From: Aduncisulcus paluster
Taxonomy: Eukaryota
Direction of reading: 5' to 3'
DNA length: 39,528 nucleotides
Assembly (NCBI GenBank): GCA_024181965.1
Contig: BQXS01012491.1
Coordinates: 1-39,528, forward strand
The notes below the pieces were generated by a model that was not told where the DNA came from, searched no databases, and worked only from the letters and a program-made list of their open reading frames with translations. Positions 31,901-39,528 of the stretch are shown here, piece after piece; the first letter of the stretch is position 1, and every line of letters begins with the position of its first letter. The position numbers and the translations under genes were made by a program.

Positions 31901-33772
31901 TAAATTACGCAATATATCACGATATCCTGCAACATCGGGCATATGAATGGCATCCATGGCATTGTGAACATCTTCGTTCGCAAGCTGATCATTCGTGTAC
32001 ACAAGCATCGAGAGGAATCTCCACCGAGGAAGAGATGTCTGGTATAGATCCTCGGCAGCAAGAGAAGAAACAATCTGGCATGGAGAGTGGGAATCAACAG
32101 AGTCTTCATCATACAGAGGGATTAATGCATCAAGATCGGGCACGAAGGATCGACGATGTTCTATCACTTGGTCATGTTCATCCTGCACTCGTTGAGCCAC
32201 AGACACAGATTGTCCAGCAACTCGGACAGACAAAGCACTGAGTTCACTCTGGAGGGATGTGCAAGTACGTTCCAACATCGATCCTTGCTGATCAGAATGT
32301 TGACGATGTTGACCAATGAGGGAAATGGTATCTTCAAGCTGTTTGGAATGACCATCAAGATCTGATCGATGTTCAGAGATTGTTGTCTTGTGTTTAGAGA
32401 TAGTTGTCTGCAGCTGAGATGTGGTACTAAGAAGGGTCGTGACCTGTTCTGCTTGATCTGTGATCTGCTTGCTTTGAGTTGTGATTTGCTTTTTAAGATC
32501 CTTCTCAAGTGTTCTAATCAGTTCTGCTTGTGTTTTAATCCGGATCTTTTGTCTTGCGCTTTCTGCTACAAGGATTTCAATGATATTCGTTTGTTTCTTA
32601 AATCGTTCGTTTTGCCTCTGGATAGTATCACCTTGAGTAGTATTAGTTCTTTGAAGGGAGTCAATTCGCTTCTTGTTTTCTGAAAGTTGAGTAACAAGAG
32701 AATCGATCTGTTTGGCAACTTGATCTTTCCATTTTTTAAGTTCTACTTCTTTTGGATTATTGAGAAAACGAATGCCTCCAATAAAATTCATATTATATGC
32801 TCCACTCCAAGTTTCTTGAATCAGAATTTCACAAGATACAACGTTGGGAAGATCCACAGGGAAAGATACCCAAAACCAGAACCACTTTCTCTCTGGATCT
32901 GTTCGTTTGACAATTTCATATTTCTTAACAATCCTCTTTCCAGAAGAATCTGTGAATGTAGCATCAAATCGCTTGACTCCATTTCCATAATTGTGAGTTA
33001 AAAGACAAAACTCCCCAATATAATGAGGAGATGTGAAAGGAATATATAGGGAGGGGAAGAAATATAGGCTTCCCTTTCCAGAAAAAAAATGTTCCAAATG
33101 AGATTGATCGTGTCCATTAGTAAACCGACAAAATGCTGTTGAAACATTAACTTTAACAACTTGGGGGTGATCAACAGGATATGGACCACAAAAGGCTTTT
33201 GGATCCTTGGAATCCAATTTATCCGAGTGGATTTTCATGATATATTCTCCTGGAATACATGGTTGATCAATGAATTCAAAGTCTTTTGTGAGGAATCGGA
33301 TGGAATATAAACGGCTTGATTCAACAACACTCCTATCCCAACATTTGAGGCTTTCAAGGTCACATTGCACAATATCATCCAGATCAACAGAGAAAAGTTG
33401 CCAAAAGAATTTCCCGCTGGGCTTTGCATATTCATATTCCTTGACAACCCTTGCTCCAGTCGAAGTTGTAAATGTTGCATTGAATTGCTTGATACTTTTA
33501 GGACTATCAGAGTAATAACTCACACAAAAATATTTAACATCATGTGGACAAACAAAAGGAAAGTGAATTTGCCTCTCGAATTTGACGTAGCCTTCAGTAT
33601 TGGATAGAAACTGTTTTATGTTGGCTCCGCCCAGATGCTTATCGACCGAAGCTTGCTCTTCATCTATTTTAACAAGTTCAGAAGGATGGATGGGGAATGG
33701 GTCCGTGAAAAGATGTGGAGAATTGGCATATTTGGAAGTTTTATCATTTTCATGATGGTTATATCGCACCAA
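28643..33772 (-). CDS. Multidomain Ser/Thr-type protein kinase: two lineage-specific beta-rich domains, long coiled coil, helical/Ser-rich linker, second coiled coil, C-terminal non-RD kinase; ~1635 aa after removing the gap duplication
   Basis: Kinase motifs VILK, HCDLKPQN (29006-29029), DFE, APE, DMFSFG, RPTA. The N-terminal domains are homologous to the units of 9224-13723. In-frame 222-nt artefact around gap 30285-30304. The start codon is uncertain (TTG in the ORF track). Confidence 0.88.
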   Translation of the reverse strand: MVRYNHHENDKTSKYANSPHLFTDPFPIHPSELVKIDEEQASVDKHLGGANIKQFLSNTEGYVKFERQIHFPFVCPHDVKYFCVSYYSDSPKSIKQFNATFTTSTGARVVKEYEYAKPSGKFFWQLFSVDLDDIVQCDLESLKCWDRSVVESSRLYSIRFLTKDFEFIDQPCIPGEYIMKIHSDKLDSKDPKAFCGPYPVDHPQVVKVNVSTAFCRFTNGHDQSHLEHFFSGKGSLYFFPSLYIPFTSPHYIGEFCLLTHNYGNGVKRFDATFTDSSGKRIVKKYEIVKRTDPERKWFWFWVSFPVDLPNVVSCEILIQETWSGAYNMNFIGGIRFLNNPKEVELKKWKDQVAKQIDSLVTQLSENKKRIDSLQRTNTTQGDTIQRQNERFKKQTNIIEILVAESARQKIRIKTQAELIRTLEKDLKKQITTQSKQITDQAEQVTTLLSTTSQLQTTISKHKTTISEHRSDLDGHSKQLEDTISLIGQHRQHSDQQGSMLERTCTSLQSELSALSVRVAGQSVSVAQRVQDEHDQVIEHRRSFVPDLDALIPLYDEDSVDSHSPCQIVSSLAAEDLYQTSLPRWRFLSMLVYTNDQLANEDVHNAMDAIHMPDVAGYRDILRNLRELCLSLLPAEPISSELLESKINAICSECSRVCSRITSSRMEHVIKANESVCSFLLQFLSQYLSGLDQPHGSSGHSVCTRSSLITSSEHLSKPLSECLVQFNKVASVFEECVSKYGQSEKHFCFDMDLLVDDSWSEIEQIGTIDLEAFVSEVSSILHGVSSSSVKSEEEGVDGEKEEEKKEKESDCLSECSRKDYSHPFRSSISFCINSAIPVHCGEDGSVTDSIDDTSYKGSSPSFDPSKIHHNLLSLISETRSPLSNGGKRGESEYILYYGKESESLGEVSSTMHGVSSSSVKSEEEKKDGKSECSSESSRTDDSDSFIPPLISNSHCSNSESTLVHVDKDGSITDSVDSTSYSHPSHSHSQKSTQNKTIKNENTTSHDSILSLISKLHSSLPSSCGSTLHPEFTETMSARKEFIHKNISFLQSMVSECHSQASTTDSKFTSLEARLNGQLQSNSCFDADMSIVDVEDNVIDQCKKEVGVLSDSESILSLSSPQSIRVNPDIESFFLDCLKNETSSLEQAIAYLRMKEEMXXXXXXXVDVEDNVIDQCKKEVGVLSDSESILSLSSPQSIRVNPDIESFFLDCLKNETSSLEQAIAYLRMKEEMYLTACCCVLRVRDLCSMRKSVVRIEQSPTEMKFIAENMEKMKEFVRTTKAEMVVIKNKIGTLTKKLDKIQRDQKEKEQDLEQHDQGSQSLSSPSTSSQFSISLPSLPGEDPDDTDDAESITRTISDLKAKHKQYKDAISQVRAHMNEQCHRSFELHQHASFLSSLGFSIPPVLNMNNVLNDDFTTTSSIPFLFTIGMNLELFHDIHQLTSSDVSGSNQFIQGRFKNEGNIFTARWEQSQVAGEHSELRVILKFFQIDTSSSASFRYLLRSAITSRRCGDCPYIVPLLGAFTDCHVLTAKKEGAYLLFPFFEQGDLCKWISSSSTPRSLQDIIKILKCILQGLSYLHSQDIVHCDLKPQNVIVDSFGNGLLCDFEGAVDCSERTMPVMSQSIRIATNQFIAPEIVDDVDNHRRPHPTPACDMFSFGVLIQEVFRLWEQSDSVSFIPMPDELSAIVSACTIGDTPQKRPTAIQLLANKYFL
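30083..30506. repeat. Assembly overlap duplication 30083-30284 / 30305-30506 flanking gap 30285-30304
   Basis: 202-bp direct copies at an in-frame offset of 222. Confidence 0.9.
30720..31452 (-). repeat. Diverged ~130-codon internal tandem duplication in the kinase linker
   Basis: tcactcttgacacttgatgatgacactccatgca at 31011 and 31401 (offset 390); protein EVSS..HGVSSSSVKSEEE...DGS.TDS.D.TSY...LSLIS occurs twice. Confidence 0.85.
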
Positions 33773-34516
33773 TTTCCGATTATTTTCACCATTTCAGATC
33801 AAATATAAGAATATATCTAAAATAATGAATAGTAGGACAAAATAAATGTTGCCAAGAAGGAGTGACAAAAAAAATAGCTTGTCGGTTGGGTTCGGCTGGT
33901 ACCGAAACCACAAATCTTCTCTTCACATGCTTTGTTAACCATTACAATTTCATTCTAGCAAGAAAATTGATTATCATGAAACCATAATTCAAAAATCTTG
34001 GACATTTCCAATATTCTCTAATTGTTGTATGATATCCGATAGAATCGTCTCCACCATCTAGTGATACGATATTTTATAAAATTCTCAATGATAATTGTAT
34101 TCAAATGATAGTGTTTTTTCTGGCAGTGCCACCTATGATTCCTGGGGGGGCAAATTAATCCAAATTTAGTAACTAAATTTTAGTTCCAGTATTGTAACCA
34201 ATATTCGATTGATCAGATCTTGTATACCTACCAATACTTCTAATACCATCATGGTATATTAATGTTTACTGAAAAATTTGACGATTTTTCATGGTTGAAA
34301 TTTAATATTTGATTTGTATAAAATAATTTGCACGACATATTTGAATAATTGGTTAATGGACTGATCACTGATCCAATCATTGGCAATGATTTTCCACTAG
34401 TATTTGAACTCTCATTTCTAAAAAAAAATGCAAAAAAAAAATGCAAAAAAAAAAACAAAAAATAAAAATAATAAAATAAAAATATCATACATTATACATA
34501 TTTTTGTTATTCTATT

Positions 34517-36823
34517 CTATTCTCCTTGAGTTCCAGCCAATGAAGAGAGAGGCACCATGTATTTCATGAATCCCCTAGCGTCATGTGAGAATTGAGGGTT
34601 CCCAGCATGCGATCTCAAAGACGTCTGCTGGAGATTATTTGAGTTCAATCCAATTATTTTTTCCAAAAATTTTAACTTTGATCGACGACCATCGATCATT
34701 TGGTATTTCCTCCGCATTAATGGCAATCTCTCAAGCTCAGAGCTCAATCGTTTGAACCGTATCGATGAGTCCTCGATCAAGGGGAGGCTCATACCAGCTG
34801 AGGGTGGCTCAGACAGATGGGAATCCAGACCAGCATACGGCATGGAGCTATTTTTAGGTCTAAAGGGGGCAGTGTCGGAAGAAGATGGCATCGGAATGGC
34901 CTGGACGGTATGTGTTCCAGATTCTGTGCTTGATGAACGAACATGGCTACTCCCAGCACTGTTTAGAGGCTTTGAACTGGGAGATAGAGTCAGCATCTCT
35001 GTGTGGGTACTGAGGTTGAGTGCAGGAACAAACACGGGTTGATCGGTACGGGCAGAACCGTCTTCAAACGATTCTTTTCGTCCCCAATCGGCAGCTTCAG
35101 TCGGAGACATCAGCACAGGACCATCCACAGGGCTTCTAGAGGTGGCATCCAAGCCAATACTTGGTACTTGTTGCTCATCTCCTCCTCCTGTTGCTTTCCT
35201 CCCACTATCCCTGGCAGATGATCTCGTTGATCTATCCTGTCTCCTTGCACTACTTCCATCATTAACACCTGCTGTCCCTTTCCCTGTGTCTCTCACAGTT
35301 CCATGATCCGTGGGTGCAGATATGACAACTCCCTCGCCAGTGATGGAGCTGTCAGTCATGAGGGACTCCTCCTCCTCATCCACACCAACTCCATCCTCAT
35401 CCAAGGAGATGATAGAGACATCACTGGAGACAGAGGAGGTCGAGAGCATCACTCCGCCGGGCGTGGTGGTGGGATGTGAAGGAAATGCACCGCCATTATG
35501 TGCATCCAATGAAGCAGTAGCAGTGGCAGCAACAGTGGCAGTGGCAGTGGCAGGATTAGGGTGACTAGGGTGACCAGAGTGACTAGAGTGACCAGATAGA
35601 TCAGAGGAAGCGTGGGAGTGGAAAGAGGGGGAGGGATTAATATAAGAAGGAGACATTGAGACCATGGCTGAACGCAATGGATGTCCTTGAGTAGATGTAG
35701 GGTGCGATGGATGGAGAAGATGATTTTCAGCGGAAAGAGGGGAGGAGGAAGACTCATCTTGACCACTGGCACGGGGAATACCTTTCACGAGTGGATGAGA
35801 AGCGAACTTGGAGTCACCCATGTAGGCTTTTAAAGCATGCATGGCACCCTGTGTGATCCTGGTATCTCCAATCATAACACTTGCCTCCTTGCCAGACGAT
35901 ATGGAGTCATCGGAACGACCAGATCCACCAAAGCTGCGAGGCATACCGAAACGCTCACTCTGAAAATCATCAAACCCCTCGCCACAGGAGAGAATTCCCT
36001 GTTTGACGAACTGTTTGGAGGCTGTAAATGGAACTGGCTCAGCACAGAGGAAAGACGGCTGAGGAGTGAGAATTGGAGCACATGAGGGGATTCTGAAGCC
36101 TCCTTTTCTGTCCTCTTTAACGGATATCCTTGGATATAGGGAATGTTTGGTGTATTCTTCCTCTTGATGACGAGGATCCCTGAGGAAAGCACTGTGACCA
36201 TACCCAAAGACACCATAGGTCCACGAAAGGGATAAATCGACTTCTCCTGTGGTCTGATCACCACTAAATATACTAAACATGGCATTGGCCTTCTTGGAAG
36301 AGATGACATCAAACATATGAAAGGAAACGGTCCCCAACAGGTAGGGTTTATGATACGATAATACAGCACTTGGCACGACAAACACTGATATTGAAAAAAT
36401 ATTTGCTGGATGACGAACATTTCGGTTAATAATGGTTGGAATATGAAATGAAGCATTTACGACGCAATTTGCAGCTACAATGGGGACAATAGTAGATTTA
36501 AATGTCATCCCTTGCACTAAGACTTCAGTATAACATGAAAGAACACCTGGGAAAAGGGGATCTGTGAGTAATCTCTTGCAACTATGAATTGAAACGAACA
36601 AAACTCCCTTTACAAGAGGAAAAGTATTGTCATCGATGATTAACTGGGTCATATCCTGAGAAATTGATTCTCTACTATGTATTAATTTCAAATAATGTCC
36701 GGCAGGATCATTTTTGTCCAACAATTCTTCTGCAAGAGGCGATTTCCCAACCTCAGAGAGTTGGGCAACAAATCCTGCATATGAACCCCCCATAGAGGCT
36801 GAAGAAAAGTTAATGCTAGACAT
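34517..36823 (-). CDS. C2-domain protein, C2CD6/ALS2CR11 (CatSper-tau)-like, with a long disordered insertion
   Basis: C2 fold GVLFVSIHSCKRL..YLLGTVSFHMFDVI..GEVDLSLSW, followed by YGVFGYGHS..HSLYPRI..DR, resembling the YG.FGYG.S signature I recall for the ALS2CR11/C2CD6 family. C-terminal helix RLPLMRRKYQMIDGRRSKLKFLEKII. Confidence 0.65.
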   Translation of the reverse strand: MSSINFSSASMGGSYAGFVAQLSEVGKSPLAEELLDKNDPAGHYLKLIHSRESISQDMTQLIIDDNTFPLVKGVLFVSIHSCKRLLTDPLFPGVLSCYTEVLVQGMTFKSTIVPIVAANCVVNASFHIPTIINRNVRHPANIFSISVFVVPSAVLSYHKPYLLGTVSFHMFDVISSKKANAMFSIFSGDQTTGEVDLSLSWTYGVFGYGHSAFLRDPRHQEEEYTKHSLYPRISVKEDRKGGFRIPSCAPILTPQPSFLCAEPVPFTASKQFVKQGILSCGEGFDDFQSERFGMPRSFGGSGRSDDSISSGKEASVMIGDTRITQGAMHALKAYMGDSKFASHPLVKGIPRASGQDESSSSPLSAENHLLHPSHPTSTQGHPLRSAMVSMSPSYINPSPSFHSHASSDLSGHSSHSGHPSHPNPATATATVAATATASLDAHNGGAFPSHPTTTPGGVMLSTSSVSSDVSIISLDEDGVGVDEEEESLMTDSSITGEGVVISAPTDHGTVRDTGKGTAGVNDGSSARRQDRSTRSSARDSGRKATGGGDEQQVPSIGLDATSRSPVDGPVLMSPTEAADWGRKESFEDGSARTDQPVFVPALNLSTHTEMLTLSPSSKPLNSAGSSHVRSSSTESGTHTVQAIPMPSSSDTAPFRPKNSSMPYAGLDSHLSEPPSAGMSLPLIEDSSIRFKRLSSELERLPLMRRKYQMIDGRRSKLKFLEKIIGLNSNNLQQTSLRSHAGNPQFSHDARGFMKYMVPLSSLAGTQGE

Positions 36824-37173
36824 ATAAGTATGATATTCCCGCTTTTAGCTCCTGGTTCAATCACCTAATGCATCCAATTGAATTTTTCCACCTCAAATTT
36901 GAACACAGAAATAAATCGTCAATAACAATGAGATTTTTGAAGAAATATGTAATGTATATTTTATTTTTGTTAATTATATTTATGACAACTTTGAATTTCT
37001 GATGTTAGACTGCAAAGCAATTTTGTGCTTTATCTTTAAGTTAAATTATAATTATTAAAACTAATTCAAAAATATTAGGTTATGTTACTTTGTTTTATCA
37101 CTTGTAAATTATTAAGAGATCCCTCAATAATCAGAAAAAGTTTTGTGTACTCTTTGTGCAAGAGTAAGGGATT

Positions 37174-38382
37174 ATGAAGCCAAGAGATGGTCCACAACTC
37201 GATGGAAAGAAGACGCAAGAACATGTAGATAGGGATTATTTTGGATATAGATGTGCCATGATAAGAGGACATAGATCTCTACCCCATACTCGGTATTGTC
37301 CTTTTGGAAATCCCCTTATTCCTTCTGCGACTCATCCATTAGCTAAATATTATGAAAAATATCGTAATCCGCATATGTTCACAAGATCTTCACCGATGGA
37401 TGGTGTTTTATTGCGATTGGCACATGCTTCAAGAACAAAGCCTCCAGATATCTGGCAAGCAATTAGATGGGCTCCCAGAGGGATGAATTTAGTTGCTGGA
37501 ACGTTTGGGGGAGAGTTATATTTGTGGAAAGACTCAACTTTCAATTTTGATATGAAATCCTTGCCATCATATGCCGATTGTGAGAGATCTCCCCCGATTT
37601 ATCACATTGAATGGACCCACGATAAAAGATATCTTCTTTCTGCCGATGATGCTGGTCGTATTGTCCTGAATAATGAATTATACAAAGAAGTGTGGCTTTT
37701 AAAGAATGCTCACCAAGGAGCGATTAGATCCTTTTCTATCTCGCCGACAGATGAGTGTGTTGCCTATGGAGGTGCTGGAGGGCATGTTCGACTGTTGAAT
37801 CTGAAGACTGGTAAAAAAGAAGGTTCGATGCCGGGTCACCGTGATGAAGTTCGCAAGATATTCTGGCATCATTCGTCTTCTCTTGTTGTTAGTGGGAGTA
37901 AGGATGAGTCTATGAAGCTCTGGGATACGCGCATTCAGAGATGCATTGCTAACTTGTTGGCACACAAAGGTAGTGTTGAAGTGGCCGCTTTCGTGCCTGT
38001 TGGAAACAAGATTGTGTCTGCAGGTGTGGATATGAAGGTTAAACTGTGGGATATTCGTACTCTTAAGGTCATTAAGACACTGGAAGTCCCTGAGACATCA
38101 TATGATTATTTGAATAGGTCAAGATATCGTCAATTCTCTGAGAGCAATCATATTACTTGCATTTCATTCCATCCATTCTGTCAGAACGTGTGCGCGTGTG
38201 GTACCCACAGTGGTGATATTCTCTATTATGACCTGTTCTCTGGTACTGAGCTTGGTCGTGTTCGAAGGGCCCATAGGTTGGCCATTTGGGATGTTGATTA
38301 TCATCCTGCGGGGTATGTCCTTGCGACTGCTTCAAAGGATAAAGATTTAAGGTTTTGGAGCAGCAAATATGGACTCATGTGA
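37174..38382 (+). CDS. WDR33: Pre-mRNA 3'-end processing WD40 protein WDR33/Pfs2/FY
   Basis: AIRWAPRGMNLVAGTFGGELYLWKDSTFNF, AHQGAIRSFSISPTD, GHRDEVRKIFWH..LVVSGSKD, LLAHKGSV and AHRLAIWDVDYHPAGYVLATASKD..RFW match WDR33/Pfs2 repeat by repeat. Confidence 0.85.
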   Translation: MKPRDGPQLDGKKTQEHVDRDYFGYRCAMIRGHRSLPHTRYCPFGNPLIPSATHPLAKYYEKYRNPHMFTRSSPMDGVLLRLAHASRTKPPDIWQAIRWAPRGMNLVAGTFGGELYLWKDSTFNFDMKSLPSYADCERSPPIYHIEWTHDKRYLLSADDAGRIVLNNELYKEVWLLKNAHQGAIRSFSISPTDECVAYGGAGGHVRLLNLKTGKKEGSMPGHRDEVRKIFWHHSSSLVVSGSKDESMKLWDTRIQRCIANLLAHKGSVEVAAFVPVGNKIVSAGVDMKVKLWDIRTLKVIKTLEVPETSYDYLNRSRYRQFSESNHITCISFHPFCQNVCACGTHSGDILYYDLFSGTELGRVRRAHRLAIWDVDYHPAGYVLATASKDKDLRFWSSKYGLM

Positions 38383-38979
38383 GATACATATGAATGTCTT
38401 CCGAGTATGCTTGCTTGTCATTCTTTCTTAAGTAGTATAGTACAGTATACAATGTTTTATTCAATTATCGATGACTAAATTATCAGTATTTTAATGAATA
38501 TAGATACCTTTGATGTTGGTGAAGAGATCAATCAAGTAATTAACTATATTGTGAATAATCATTTGGCTTGAAAAATCAGGATATAATGAAGTTAATTTAC
38601 TAAATTTTTCATTTCACACAGTCTAATGCCGCTGATATTTTCATATGATTGCCTAAGAGCGACTGGAAAGGGTTTGTTGGAGTTCTCTTCTATTTCACCC
38701 CAATTAGTGAGTATAAGACGCCTAGAAAGATTCATTAAGGGTGTTTTCTATTGTTTATACCTGATTATCAATTTTAAAAGAGATGTAAATCCTCAAGTCA
38801 GATCATCAATGATCGTTCGTCTCAAGAATAAACTGATTTCTTTCTTTATATATAACTAAATGAATTTGTTAATAATACACAACAAATTCTCAATAATTCT
38901 TATTTTAAGATCATTATCTTAATTAGAATCGCATTTATTTTTCGATTTTCTTCAACACCAGTTTCAGGCTTTGTAAGAA

Positions 38980-39065
38980 TTACCACCAAGATTTTGATTT
39001 TTACCACTAGGGTTACCACTTGAGTAAAATATTTTTACCACTGAAATTCAAATATTTTTACCACT
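38980..39065 (+). repeat. Cluster of five TTACCAC(T) motifs in non-coding DNA
   Basis: Copies at 38980, 39001, 39013, 39035 and 39058; the last two extend to AAATATTTTTACCACT. Confidence 0.7.
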
Positions 39066-39528
39066 AAGCATATACTATATGCATTAGTAATGGCTCTGCA
39101 AGGTGAATTAAGGTGTATTATAAAGGAATTAATGCAAATAAAGGTTATATATATATCTATGAATATAATTTCATGGGTTTTGTAAATATTAATATCCGTT
39201 ATAATGGTGTAACAAGATCATTCCGGTTGACAGCAGCGTTTTGCTAACATGATACAAGATGATGTTGGAATTTTCACATAAATGTGATTCTTACTATATT
39301 TTAAACATATTTTAAGGCGTGTTGTAAATGATAATCTTCTATTGTGGTAGATAAAAGTTGGTTCAAAAATAACCAGGAAAGGATGAGAGAGACTAAAATA
39401 GATAGGCTATATGTATAGTAAATGTTCAATTAAGGCAGAAAATAAGGACAGATGTTGAGTATATCAGAATTCATGAGCGGTGCCATAATTCTGCGTTAAA
39501 AAATTTCTTCACCTACTCTTACAAATAT

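Overview
Gene-dense, AT-rich, intron-poor eukaryotic (protist) scaffold. The repeat-domain protein family and gene style recall the free-living fornicate Aduncisulcus paluster; this is from memory and was not verified. Seven 20-N scaffold gaps are each flanked by a 170-590 bp duplicated overlap. These overlaps are assembly artefacts that split or inflate ORFs, and three of them expose allelic differences. After correcting for them, the window holds about 13 genes: a spliced Cdt2/DTL-like WD40 gene (missed by the ORF track), a small coiled-coil ORF, a Sec5/CATCHR-like helical protein, a 1499-aa array of eight lineage-specific beta-rich domains, a Bet1-like Qc-SNARE, a MAN1/Src1(MSC)-like inner nuclear membrane protein broken by two +1 frameshifts, Rgp1, a three-exon Ufm1-like gene lacking the conjugation Gly, an ARM-like protein, a Ser/Pro-rich protein, a large non-RD kinase, a C2CD6/ALS2CR11-like C2 protein and WDR33/Pfs2. 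Best candidate for an undescribed system: the same ~165-aa domain occurs as a recombining tandem array with hypervariable loops and as the N-terminal module of a coiled-coil + non-RD kinase, which suggests a diversified cytosolic sensor/kinase signalling family.
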